Of a DNA stretch of 64,000 nt, positions 27,010 through 40,126 are shown one piece after another; the first letter of the stretch is position 1, and the number at the start of each line of letters is the position of its first letter. The stretch spans positions 21,081,619 through 21,145,618 of the forward strand of contig OZ316892.1 of assembly GCA_973895155.1 (NCBI GenBank), written 5' to 3'. This stretch comes from Marsupella aquatica (Eukaryota > Plantae > Marchantiophyta). The notes beneath the pieces are model-generated. The model was not told where the DNA came from. It saw only the letters and a list, made by a program, of their open reading frames with translations, and did not search any database. Made by a program: the position numbers and the translations under genes.

Positions 27010-28303
27010 GAAGGTGGAAGAGCCATTGGCTAATCACAGCACTCTGATGATCCACCTTTGGTGAAATGTGGCTGCCTACTGAAGTTTTAGGAAATCATTC
27101 TGGAAAATGTCGTTGTCGATTGATGCACTTGGAGCCAAGCTCATGAAGGTTATTTTTCCATTAGAATCCAATGCAATAGTAATTGCAATTTTTCTGCATT
27201 GCCAATGTCTATCCCGATACAACAGCAAGTTCCTGTCCTAAATGTTTCGAGGTAGACAAGTTGTTTTACTGTCATGAGTCACTCATTGCTGCTATTGATA
27301 GAAAAAGCGAGATTCTTGTCAAGAACCACTACTTTGGATCATGAATATGTTGTGACGTTGCTTAGATGCAAAACTTGATTGGGTTTGGGGGTCTTGAAGT
27401 AGAATTAAACCGCCACTGGCCGGATAAAAGGTCTCTGGTTCCACATTCCACCCACTCCTCTCCTCTACCCTGCCAGTCTGCTCCAGGATTCCAGGAAAAA
27501 GCTAGTTTCTATGGTGAAACCTGGTGGATCCAGGTTCTGACATGGCTAGTGGCAGTTTAAGTCAAATAGAGGTTGAGGTCAATGGTGAGCCTCAGGCAAA
27601 TGGACATTCTCTGAAGGTTTTTCCCCTCCTTTTTGTTGTGTTTTCAGTTCTGTTTGCAGTCACTTACAATTATGGCCCTCCAAATGACTTCATATGACAT
27701 TTACCTACAAGAAGGTATCCTGCCAAGAGGAGTCCTCATGGCACAAACTTGAAAGAAGGGAATAAGACTAATTATCACACGTTTTTTAGGGGTTTGACAT
27801 CTTTGGATTGACGCAAATGGGCTGCCCAAGCGGATGTGGCTTCTAGCGTACAAGGTGCATGTGCTAGCCCAGAAGACTAAGTTTATATCTGATATGGGGA
27901 GTGCACACTCCAGGGAGTGGGTGAGGAAAATATATGTACCCTTCGATTCAGGTTGAGGGACAATATTGAGGTTCCTCTCCTCTTGAATATAATTTTTTCC
28001 CATGTTCACTCATGAAGGTAACTCTTGGTAACCAATTTCTCTTGGGGCCCCTGGCCTGTCGCCCTTTCAGGATTCTGGAAGAGGGGATGGGTCATGAGAT
28101 TCCCTTCTTCAATTCTCTTGATTCTGGCATGGGAGCAGGGCTGTAATATCTCCTTAACAAATGTTTTTCCCAATATTCCCTTGTTAACCCTGGGCAACTA
28201 ATCCCTCCTGCGGGTGAGCCCTCTAACCCCTGTGATGTTTCCTGCCAACATAATTGTTTGCAATACGTGTACCCTCCCCAACCCATCTCCACTTGGAGGC
28301 CAT

Positions 28304-28640
28304 GTCCTCTTGAAATACCCTTGGACTGTCCTCTTGAAATATATTTCAAGAGGACAGGAGATATTACAGCCCTTGGACTGTCCTCTTGAATGTAAGCCCT
28401 TGGACTGTCCTCTTGAAATAACTTTTGTTGATTTCACTCATTGGGGCTCGGTAGCTCATCACCTTTTGGGGGCAATGGCCTGTAACCTCCTCCAGCAATG
28501 TCGACCCTAAATTTTTCCAATATTCACTCATCAGATTTATAGTGAGGAACCTAACCTCCTCCTTGGATGTAACCTCCTCCAGCAATCTCTACCCTAAATG
28601 TTTCCAATATTCCCTCATCAGGTTTATAGTGAGGAACCTC
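28304..28640. repeat. Short degenerate direct repeats, probable TE remnant
   Basis: (cccttggac)tgtcctcttgaa x4 at 28304-28418; tttccaatatt..tcatcag..ttatagtgaggaacct x2 at 28514 and 28601. Confidence 0.6.
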
Positions 28641-29247
28641 ATCTCCTCTGTGGAGGCCATGGCCTGTAACCCCCTCTGGCAATGGGAGGAAAGTAGGGGA
28701 ACCAATCCCCAAGTGGGGCTAGTCTAGAAAACACATTGCTATGAAAAGCTAGAGTTGGGGTCTAGGCTTCTAGAGTGACTTTATGGGTCCCACCCAAATT
28801 TATGTGGATGGAAAAAAGGATGAGATCTTACTATAAAAGCGCCAACTGAAGTCTACTTTTAAGAGCCTTGGTCTAGAGTGAAGCCTCTAGACCATAACTC
28901 TATGATCATCATATGCATGGGAAAAACTCATGACATGACTATGATGTATGTCAACTTGTACATGCAAGTATTTTATATTCATAAATATGGGCATTATGGC
29001 CCCACCACAACATATGTGCATAGAAGATGGATGTGCATATAAAAAGACTGATGTGCACATAAAGGAGAATGACATATTATATATGACTATTAAAATGATG
29101 GGTTTTTTTAATCATTTTAATCTTCAAAGAATATGAATAGAGAATATATTTTGATAATATATATTTCTATTGTCCTCTCCGCTATTCACGTTCAAAGAAC
29201 GGGTAATCGGGGCTAGTAGTATCATGTATTTCAAAATGATGAATGAT

Positions 29248-29270
29248 CAGTCTATTCATTAAAACTGGAA
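29248..29270 (+). repeat. Left TIR of the outer DNA transposon
   Basis: cagtctattcattaaaactggaa, inverted match to 59950-59972. Confidence 0.85.
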
Positions 29271-29527
29271 AATTATTTGATCTTTGGACATTTAGGCACC
29301 AAAAATATATATATTTGGGCACAAGAATTGTACATTTGGGCAGTGGGAGTTGTACATTTGGGCACCAGATGTTGTACATTTGGGGGATCAAGATTGTACA
29401 TAGGAGAAAATGAAATATTAATTTGGATTCTAAAGAAAAACATTTGGGTGATAATAATGTAAAATGTGTTGGATAAGAAGTAGAACTTACTTACATTGAT
29501 TCAATTTGACTAATAGAATATAACTGT

Positions 29528-29670
29528 CTAGTAAAGCTTCAATATGATCTCTACCCATATAACTAGTAAAGCTTCAATATGATCTCTACCCATATAACTA
29601 GTAAAGCTTCAAATAATATGATCTCTACCCATATAACTAGTAAAGCTTCAAATGAATATGATCTCTACCC
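29528..29670. repeat. Subterminal tandem repeat, four copies of 35-39 bp
   Basis: ctagtaaagcttcaa..atatgatctctaccc at 29528, 29563, 29598 and 29637. Confidence 0.9.
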
Positions 29671-30143
29671 TTACCTAGCTAAATTAACCTTCTACTTAGT
29701 TACTAATTGAGAGCATTTAATATATTAAATTTGAATGATACCTGGCTTACTATCCATTCAGACAAGTAATTTGTTACATTCTAAGCAACTCGAGTTGAAA
29801 CTAAGGTTTACTACTAGATAGTACTAAGAGGCACTCACATCCTATCATGGATATTAAGACTTCATGTAATATATAGTCTGTATTGATATAATAATTAATT
29901 AAAGCAATTATAAAGGTATCCAAGTCCAATTACCTCCACCTATTCAAACTAGTATCCCAAAATATTATAATAATTAGTTACTTAAATAGATATACTACTT
30001 AGTACTAACCAACAGTAAGTACTAAAGACATGTCTGATTCCAAACTAATTGACATAGACTCCCTCACTCTGACATGTCTAATTCCAAACTAAATGACATA
30101 GACTCCTTCACTCTGACAGAGTGACTACTAAAAAACATTTGAC

Positions 30144-33100
30144 TTACTCAACAATCCCTTCCATGTAGGTTTTGAGTGTTTTCAAAATATTCTTGGGAAT
30201 GGTCAAACCTCTATCAATTATATTTTCTTCTCTAGAGCGTGACTTGAATCCATACATAGCAGAATTAGCAAATTGCCAACGTTCAGTGGCACTGTCAAAC
30301 CCAGGATCCACCTCCCAAGTCTTAGTGGTCTGAAAGCAACGTGAATATCGCACATGATCCGGTGCATCATGCTTACCATGTTTAGGCCTCCACCATTGCA
30401 CTTGGAACATAGGAGCATACCGTGTACTAGTAGGAGAATTCTCATTGCATTGCAAGTCTCCTGAAGGAACTTCATGGTTTGGGTCCACAACACCCAAAGC
30501 TCTCACCAACCAGAAACGTTCTTTCCCATTCTTCTTTTCCCATTCATCCTCTGGACGGAGAAATACAAAGTGACCTTCTTGAATATCCTGTAGAGGAATC
30601 CAACGTGCAAGTTCTCGCTCGTGTCGAGCGCCAACAAATGTTGCAGCTTGATCCTCCATCTCTTCCAGGTACTCATTCTGAAGCTCCACCATTTGTGGAT
30701 TTTGTGTACTACTACTAGGCTCCCCCAATGGTTCAGAGGTTCCTGTACTATTAACCTTGTAACCAATTCCGTGGTTGGTTTTTGGCGAGAATTCATATGT
30801 CAATGCTAACTGTATTTCTGCCTCCCCTTCAATTGTAAGCTCCCCAGATAATACTTGCACCACCATCTCCCAATATTTCACCAAAGGAAACCGTTCACGA
30901 TATGCTGTAGAGGTCTCATCCTTACAACTCTTCTTCAAAAACTCAATGTAACGATTAAGGAATGGGATGATTTCTTCAACCTTGCCTCGTACATCCCCGG
31001 AGATGGGTTTTGCAAATGGTTGACCTTCTGGTAAAATGAGAGCATTGGTGTTGGAATCAGTTCTCCAAATAGACCTTCCGGTTAAAGGGTACCAAGGTTG
31101 TTTCACATGTGCTTTGTATTGATATATTGGAATATTATCTCTCATAGAGAAAAGAAATGCCACTGGTTTTGAGTGACCCTCTATGTCTTTTACCTTGAAA
31201 GTTTTCAAAAACTCTTTGTAAGTTGCAACCTCTTGGATCAACCGTGGGATAGGATGAATGCTTTCACACTCCCAAACCTCAGCCATCAACCCCAAGAGGG
31301 TAGAAACCTCCTTGTACTTCACTTGGTTGGATACTTTCAAAAACAATGCATCGACATCCTCATGGGTGTGACCAACCATGAGAAACGACATCTGCACTGT
31401 TTCAAAAACCCCTCTACTAACAAGCTCACTGCAAAATGCCATCACGTACTGGTTTTTGTTATCTTTCCCTGAATTATCCATTTGCAAGGTCAGGTGCCTT
31501 GGCAATGGTTTGAAAGAGGTAGACGTAGCCTTGGGATCAACACCAAAGTCGTCTTGGTCATCTTCAGCTCCTTGAAATCTAGCAATTGAGACTTTTTTGG
31601 GTTCTAAGTAACCTGCGAGAAATGCTTCAAAGTCCAAAAGAGATTGAAAAATTGGCCTCGTTGCAGCCCAATATAATCCTTCAAGGAGGTCTCCAGATTT
31701 TTCCCCCTTGTAATCCTCCAGATCTCTAAGGCACTTGGCCAATGATGTCACTGTGAAGTCTGCATCTCCCGGCCAAAGCCCAATGAAACTGAAGTGAGCA
31801 TACACAGAGATTTTTGAGGAGGTATACTCAAAAATGGAATTAGATGGCTACGTGAAGGTGAGTGAAAACACTATGTATAAACTCTGGAGTGAGTCCTTCA
31901 TGAATTTTGACTTTCACAAGGGAAGTGCATTTGCAAAGTGTACACTTTGCACTGAGTTCAAAGATCAGTTGATGCGGGAGAAGAGAAAGAAAGAGCGTTT
32001 AGAGATTGAGGAAAGAAGAGCTCGCCATTTTCGTGAGCAAATGTCTAGGAGATATGTTTACTATGCTCATAGGGTTCTTGGAAAGAAGGATCCTGAGAAC
32101 TATCTTTGCATTATACATGACAAGATGGACCAGGCCAAGACATGGATCCCTAGGTTGGTCCCCACTCCTAAATCATTGTCTGGTAGTGGTCAACCGCTCC
32201 CCATTGCGCTCATTGGGATGTTGACCCATGGAAGGGATCCCGGAGTTTCTTCGTGAAACAAGATGGAAGTCTGTACTCAACCGTGTTAGTCCCGTGAGAC
32301 CCTCCATAGGGAAGATGCGGCATGGGTTCTCCGTTTTGGGTTAGAATGGACTCCAACAAAGCACGAGCATGCAAGGTGCTTCCCCGTGTCTTGTGTGAAC
32401 CCTTGTTTCCATGGAATCCAACCGTACAACCTGCTTCATATTGATTTTTGTAATCATAATACTTGGCAGTGTTGAATCCATGCATTCTAATAAATGCACC
32501 CTTGCAAACAAGTCTACTTCTTACAAAGAAATATCCTTTTGTCTCCACTTCCTTCTCCCTACAGCCAAAAAGAGTGAGAATGTGACTGGTTTTGTTGTCG
32601 CTTGACATCCCATGGTATTCCCTCCTTATCGCCTATAGGTCTTCTCTCGGCATGCTGAGGCAACACTTCAACTTACAACAACCTTCTCTTTGGATGGAGT
32701 CAATTTCCTCCTCTATGATTTTTAGTATCGCCCGAGACTCCAAGTGCTTCTTCCTTTTTTCATCTGGGTTAACCTTCGTTCTCTTGATGAAGTTATACTG
32801 GCGCTTTGAAAAATCAGTGTCACCTTTCATATCTACCTCTAGATGATCTCGACCATCAATAATTGGTTTCAAAGAAACCTCTTCAATGAGATCTAGAAGA
32901 AAAATACCCTTTGATATCAACAGAAGTGAACGAACGGCCCACCTAACAAGACCAGGCACTCCTGGGGAGATATTTGGGAAAAATAGAGGGTCAATCACAC
33001 GTGTGACAGCAACCCCAACGTGATCTGGTCCAAGAACATCATCATCAATTGCACCTGACTCGAAAGGAACTGTGATGATGCCAACCCCCACTTTGGTCCG

Positions 33101-33860
33101 ATTATCCTCAGCATACAATTCCACCTCCTTGGTCATCCAATTAGAACGCAAACTATAATCCTTGAAATTATAATTTGCAAAAACATCCCGTGTGGACAGG
33201 TTGTTTAGCATATCCTAGGAAGAACTCCTCCGAGTAACATCCTTTAAATTCCAGAATACAAAAGTGTCCAATGCTTCCTGAACGGTATTGGCTCCATTGT
33301 GAGGAAAGGGTAACCTCTCCCTTCCTTGAAAAACTTCACATATTTTCACACTAATCCTAGAAGTGTCAAGACTTTCATTGTGACAGGTCTCATCGGGATT
33401 CGTCTTGAACACAAATCCACGAGCCACAATCTGATTGCCGATCCAGAGCTCAACTTCATCGCCAGATATAATTGAGTCTCCAAAACTTCCCACCGAAGAT
33501 TTGTCTGGTACAAAACCGGGAACCGTATCCTTTGTAGAACAAGAGGCATCCATTTGTGTTGTCGCTGGAGTTGACTGACTTCAAATATGCAAAAGAGGCA
33601 TCCCAAATAATGCAGGAGTCGACAGCATCAAATAGGGTCCTGATCGGCGGCAAAGGGTAAGGAATTTCCCATGATCCCTCATAGCACTTCTCAATGAGAA
33701 CTCCTATACGATTACTTCCCAAATCAACATTACGCACTGAGTCACCCGGGTCAACCTTGAGGACGGTCCCGCAAGCAACTTCCACTCCGTTGATTACGAG
33801 GCAAACCTTGTCCCCTCGAAAAAAATCCCCATTTTGAAAACGTGGTCCAAACTGTTGGAT
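30144..33860 (-). pseudogene. Sola-like/DUF7869-type DDE transposase with three N-terminal Tnp1/En-Spm-like domains; disrupted by two TAG stops, a frameshift and an inversion
   Basis: CCKLKCC; VCKGAF..HG; YRLPSCFTKK; FAKCTLC..H; CIIHDKMDQAK; LTLQMDNSGKDNKNQYVMAF; FLMVGHTHEDVDALF. In-frame TAGs at 33215 and 32633. Segment 31806-32246 lies on the + strand. The 5' end is uncertain. Confidence 0.8.
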
Positions 33861-35227
33861 GTAGTTACCTCGAGATGATCTCGAGGTAAAGTGACTACAA
33901 AAACAAACCAAAAAACCCAAGTATAGAAGTTTATCCCACAAAATTGTGTGATAGAGAAAATAAGAAACTCTTCTACCTCGAGACGATCTCGAGGTAGAAG
34001 AGGGACCAAAAACTCCAATATGTAAAAATTCAGAAGTATTTAGCTCGAGACGATCTTGAGGTAAAATATGAAATCTCACTGAATAGCGAATTCAGATTCT
34101 ATACCTCCGACTCTCTACAAACTCAATTATAAGAAGGACAACCGAATGCACCATTAGCTAGAAGGCAAAAGTTAATAATTTTGAGGATCAAACTTATGAC
34201 TCGAGATGATCTCGAGCCAAAAAGGACATTGTATTTGACAAAGATACTATTATGAATAATAAGCCACCCAAAATAAGAACATATAAATGGCTCTAGATGA
34301 TCTAGAGGAATGATTTGGTGCAATTAAGAAAGTAGGCTCCCAGTTTACTTCCAAACACTGAGAAATAGCTTCTAAAAGGCCATCAAATAGAGGGAAAAGG
34401 CTTCCAAATGGATTTTGACTGACACTAGTATAAGCTGAAAAGGTTTGGTTTTCTAAAAGATAGGAGCTCAATTATTTTAGACCTCCTTCAGGGCTTAAAA
34501 TGAGAATTTCTCGAAATATCCTAAACACAAACGTAGAGTCCACAACCCTTGAAAAGAACAACAGAAAGAGATCAGAGCAGAAATCTAGAGTCAAAGAGAG
34601 GGAGAGGGAGAGGGAGAGAGAGCAGAGAGAGGCAGAGGGAGAAACGAGCGAGCAATGAAACAAAATGAGAAGAATGACCCGCTGGAGACCAAAGAGAAGC
34701 AATATATAAAACCCTGACAGACAAAAAGGCCAATAAGACGGCTTGGTTGAACTTGTGTCACGGCTAAACTCGCGGCAGGGCAGAAGTACGGATAACAATA
34801 ATGACAACACGTGTGACCGTAATAATGACTGTACGCACCTAGCAGGTTGCGCGGCAGTCTGCCTGAGCCTGCACAAGCCCTGGCACGCTTGGCACGACCA
34901 AGGCCGACCCCCGAGGGGCTTATAGTGGCATCAGGGGTTTTGAATTCCCCATTTTCACATTCGCCTCCTCGCCTCCTCGCCTCCTCGCCTCCTCGCCTCC
35001 TCGCGTCCCTTGCCTCCTTGCCTCTAGATTGTTTTGCGCTCTTGCCTCGAGATCCTTGTATTAGCCTCGAGATTGCAGAGGGTCAAGATTAGGTTTTTTC
35101 CTCGAGATTTTATAGGGTCAAGATTTTGTGTTTAGGCTCGAGCTTCGATAGGGTCGAGATTTTCTATTTAGGCTCGAGATTTGTTTTTAAGTTCTCAGCC
35201 CATAGTACGTTCCTCTCTTCACCAGCC

Positions 35228-38200
35228 ATGTCGACTGTTGTAGATTTCTCCAAGGAGGACTTCGCTGAGTACAACCTTGCAACCGTTGGCGAAGAGCTTC
35301 AGACCCATCTAGACTCAGCACATCAGATCCATCGCACCATTAAACGTAATTCATCATCTTTGTTCTGTTTAGGTTTAACTCGAGATCGTCTCGAGCTTCA
35401 ATTGGTCGACTTGTTTCTGGATTCCTTGGATGCAGTTGAGGCTCGAGATCATCTCGAGCCTATTGATGTTTTTTGCAATACTTTGCTTCAAAAGTTGTGA
35501 TCTATCAATTGATTTTGCATTTGATGTAAGTGGCATGAGGCTCGAGATCGTCTCGAGCCAATATGCAATTCCTGCATGTGACCTAGTGAGATTTCTTCAA
35601 GTTGGAAACCCTTATCCTTCAAAAGTGAAACATCATATCCAAAATATCTAAAATTTCCTTCCTCCAGGGACTTCTGTACCCTCCAACTCGTTCTGATCAT
35701 TGACATCCGAACGGGTTTGTGGTATCAGAAGTCAATGGAGAAAGTGGATTTTAATCATTGATTGAATATGATGTTCATTGTTGAATATGATATTCGGATC
35801 ACTCGTTTGACATGTTAGGCTCGAGATCGTCTTGAGCCAAATATATCCCTCACCATCTTCCATTATGGTCATTCGTATCCCTTGGCCAATTTCTTCCAGT
35901 TGGAAGGATTCCATGTCGTCTACTTCAATTACTAATATCCTTTTCATGGTGATCCAAGCTTGCCTTTTGGACCACTTTCTTAGTCATCCAACTCGTTTGT
36001 GAAGATGACAAACCACTAAGTTAGAGGGTTTTGAATGTGGTCGAATAGGTGACATTGGATCATTCTTGAAAATGTTGTTCGTTAAATTTGACTGGTTCAT
36101 GATATGCAATGGAATAAAACCTCAACTGATATATATGAGGATCGAGATCATCTCGAGCCCTTGTCTTTTTCTTTTAAACAGATGGTGGCTCGAGATCATC
36201 TCAAGCCTATTGTGTTTCCTAACTATTGTGTTATCTTTTTAGATTTCTTGGGTTTAAAATCTCTTTTTAAATTCCACGGATGAAATGGCATTGGAACATG
36301 TCAGACTATTAAACTTAAAAGGAAGATCGAGATCATCTCGAGCCACCTATTTGTTTCTTGGTTTTGTAGTACATGTTTTTGACAATTGCTACATTTTGGC
36401 TGTACCAGGTGTGAAATTGGGATCGCCTAATTTGGTAGTCGAAGATGAACATGCAATTGAAGTTTCCTGCCCTGGACAGGGTTTATTTGGATTCTGTTGG
36501 GCCATTGAGCTTGCTGAAACTGAAGACATGGAAGGAACTATTATTTGTGTGAAGACGAGGTCTCCATCAGTCGATCCTCTAGTGTGCAGCCTTCTAGGGC
36601 TTATTGTTTCTATTGTGACGAGTAACGGTAAGGACATGGTTTTGACGGTGGAGAACCATGAGACAGGGAAGTGGGCTCTAATTAGACTTCACGCCAAAAA
36701 CTACTCTTGCAATCTTAACATTGAACGTGCAGCCAGGAAACAACTGAGCATGATATCAATGGGGTTCTTCCCCGAGGGTTTTACTACAAGTAATTTACTA
36801 GAAGATACTCCTATATCTGGAGCGGACATAATTTTTGGATTCCTTTATTGTCGAAAATATGGGTTTGATCGTGATGATGCATTCACGACTCCTTTCACGT
36901 GGAAGGTTTTGAGACTAATGTCGGAATCCAAATTGGGGGAGTTTGAATCCATATCCCCTGATTTTGTGTTTGGAGCCGGAGAATTTGACGAGGATGCTTG
37001 TAAAAAGTGGGTGTTGTCTCATCGGAGACAAACAGGTAAATTGAAATCTGTAGCTGCGGGAGACAAGACATCCGGTTTGGACAAAAAGGAAGCAAAGGTG
37101 TCTCAAAAGAGGAAGAGGGTTGAGAAACCCGAAAGCAAAGCGAAGAAGGCTCCACCTCAAAAAAAGTCCGCGCCGCCCAAGGTAGATCTCATTCCGGCAT
37201 CTTCCTCGGGTGTGAATGCACATACCGATGATGATGGCACTCCAGGAGATGCTCCGGGAGAAAAGAGCGTTAAGGAAGGAGCCGAACTTCTTAAGGAGAT
37301 TGAGGAGTATTACACATTTGGCATGAATGAAACTTTTGATATTCCTGTCACTAGTATAGATTTGCCGTCTGCAGTTTTGGTATATAGGATGTTCAATAAG
37401 ACCATGCCATGGAGGTCGCAAAATCCATGGTTAGAAACCCTGGAATGGTACCAGCTGTGGCGGATTTAATTTCGTATTCAAGAGAGAGTTTGTAGTTGCT
37501 CCATTATGAGAATACTGCTAAGGATCGAAAGGAGTTTGAGTGGGGTGTTAAGAATAAGAAGGTGCAGTTCCTTGCAATCAGTGGACAACACTCGGCAAAG
37601 GCAGCTGTTTGGATCATAGGTTGGGCTAAGAGCGATGCAAAGTTGAAGGAGGTCGCGAAGAGTCTGCAATATCGAAAGTCACAAATTCTTTCGGACAGAA
37701 CTCCAAGAACAATACTTGCTCAACACTCACAAAGGGCAAATGCTATTAATAAGACCATGGAGTATGAGTCTTGTTTTCTTGATACTATGGTCCATGCCCA
37801 TTGATAGTTTGACGAGTGTGGCCGTCCGGAGAGACCCGTGATTGGGTCCAATAGACTAACGGATCATCAAAAGTTCCAGGTAAATTCAAACTCAAATCCA
37901 CTTCTAGCTCAAGATTGTCTCGAGCCTCGAGGTCAAGTTTCTGTATTTGATTTATCTTCATGTATTCTCCCATAAATTTTACCATAGTTCTTTAATTCTA
38001 CCTCGAGATCGTCTCGAGCCTCAGATTTTCTTTGTACTGTTTGGATCAGGATTTTATGGCCCTTGCCAAAATAATGACTGGAAAATCCGATCTAAGGAAT
38101 ATTTTTTGGTTGCTATTTTCGGATGAGAACCTCTTCCGAACTTGGAGACAAATGTGCATCAATTGGGTCAAGGGACTTCTTCCAGATGGTCTAGGGGAGT

Positions 38201-39767
38201 TAGGTTAAAAAAAAAACGGGAAATCCCGGACAATAAAAATGATTACGCCGGCATTGTTTAGATGCTTTGAAGGAGATCTAAGTAGTGACGACATTCTGAA
38301 AGTTTTTACTGTCGTTCAACAACAGAAGATTTTATTGAAGAAAGACCCAGCCAACAAATCTGATGTTCAATCAATGAGTGATATGGCTCATACTTTCAAA
38401 GTCATGACCAAGCTGAGGGCAAAAATTGTGGAGTACTTTGTTTTGAAGTATCCGGATCGGTTTGCCAATTCACTCACTTGGTTTGAGCTAACTCAATTTT
38501 TGCCTGCATTTATGGATCGTGGTGAGTTGCCGAAACTTAGACAACTTGCTGGAGAGGTTTGGATTTCCAACCTCCTAAAAAGAAATAGGCCAAAAGACCC
38601 ATTTCCGCAAAGTCTCATTGTTAGGCTTGAGCAGATATATTGCAAGGTATTTGGCGGGTTGCCTTCAATGGAGGATACTCCTTATCGCACATTTTTTAGC
38701 GATAATTTGATGAGGACAATGAAGACTGAGATTGTTGACTCGGTGCAAAGGATGTGCCCACTCTCCATTGTCGATTTTGGTCGTCTTCGACAACGGCAGT
38801 GGACAGATGCCGAATTTTTTGTCTTGCTGGAGTATTGTTTGCAGATGGCAAACTCGACGGAGCTCTTAGTAATCATTTTTGTCCATCAAGGCCCATTGAT
38901 AGGCCAGATTCAGAGTGCCTTTGAAAATATTCATCGTGAGAAGAAAGTCCACACGAAGCTGGAGTACAGGAGCTACTACCGTGATCAGCTGCCCAAGGAG
39001 GAGGGAGATTTTCTCATTGGAGCCCAAGACTCAATCATCTTTGGGGGAATTTGTTGTGAAGAGGAACCAGACTGGTCCCAAATTTTCTTTGATGACTTTT
39101 ATGCGTTCTGGAACTACAGTGAGAAGTGGGACAAAGACTTCACAGTCTTGCCTTTGAAGGCCCCTACTGGGAACAACAAAGACCAATCAAAGGGGAAAGA
39201 GAAGCTCGATGAATCCACTGTTGATGTCAAAGTTTTGGAGAAGATGACCCCATCTTATGAGATGGTCGGTCGGCGTGGTGGCTTTGTAAATCCAAGAGCA
39301 AAGCCTTTGCGAATGACAAAGCGTCTTGTTGATTATTTCTCGTGCCCAGGTCATACAGTATTGGATTTCTTCTCTGGAGGACAGACATTGAAAGCTTGTG
39401 TCATTCTTGGTCGGGATTGTTTTGTGTATTCGGACACAGCTCAAGAGATGGAATTCACAGAAGCCTTTGCTCAGCTCCTTCATGACAACAAGCAGGTTTT
39501 ATATGTGCCACCCAAGGAGCCGTTATCATCTGAGGAAATTACTGCCGGTCCCCTCGTTGTAATAGAAGAGGCGGCCTTAGACATAGCTCCGGTAGAAGCC
39601 AGTGTTTATGAGGAAGTATTTGCGGAGAATTTAGAGCATCGCAAAACGGAGGGCCCGAAAATCACAAGCTACATGGAAGAGAAGGGTGAAATACTGCCTG
39701 AATTTGGAAATGATGCTCGAGATGATCTTGATGTTCCAGGTGTGCCTTCATCGGGTGACCTTGGGGA
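35228..39767 (+). pseudogene. Cargo gene, 5' part: ParB-like domain plus N4/N6 DNA methyltransferase-like domain (multi-exon, decayed)
   Basis: DIPVTSID..RMFNK/DHAMEVAKSM..FLAISGQHSAKAA (ParB-like); NPRAKPLRMTKRLVDYFSCPGHTVLDFFSGGQTLKACVILGRDCF (beta-class MTase motifs X/I). Intron 37880-38049 is in phase. One frameshift at ~37399 and stops at 37493, 37802, 37805 and ~38206. The 5' exons are tentative. Confidence 0.65.
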
Positions 39768-40112
39768 TGTTAGGATTTACTCTTAGGTCTAGAGTTACGA
39801 ATGTACCGTAGTTAAAACTAACCTTAGTCGCAGACTTGGTTAGGTTAGTCATGCTGTGCACACTCTATAACCAAGCGGTGTTTGCTTGGAGAGGTGGAAC
39901 TCAGGCTCATTGTTACGGAGCCAGTTGAGAGATAGGGAGAGCTTGTGCTGTGGATGCTTGGTATGGCCGGTCGGCCTAGAGTGTAGTAAAGCTCTTGTGT
40001 GTTCCCGTGGACGTAGCCTCATGTGGAGGTGAACCACGTATCTCTCTGTGTCGACTATTGTGCGTTGGATGGTTCATGGGCTTGCCATTACGATCGTCGT
40101 CTATGCTCAACA
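39768..40112 (+). repeat. 5' LTR (345 bp)
   Basis: tgttaggatttactc...ctatgctcaaca; about 9 substitutions and 1 indel versus the 3' LTR by manual comparison. Confidence 0.97.
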
Positions 40113-40114
40113 AT

Positions 40115-40126
40115 TGGTATCAGAGC
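40115..40126 (+). other. Primer-binding site (tRNA-iMet)
   Basis: TGGTATCAGAGC 2 nt after the 5' LTR. Confidence 0.95.

Noticed and set aside
29528-29670. Short repeat array as a possible CRISPR
   Set aside because: The units are contiguous with no unique spacers, there are no cas genes, and the context is eukaryotic.
31834-32256. Independent plus-strand 140-aa gene
   Set aside because: It is the inverted middle portion of the minus-strand transposase.
35720-35730. TGGTATCAGA resembling a PBS
   Set aside because: There is no adjacent LTR end or retroelement sequence.
33869-36342. Palindrome series as a CRISPR-like array
   Set aside because: Spacing is irregular (about 50 to over 1000 bp) and copies lie in introns and coding sequence, which fits binding sites better.
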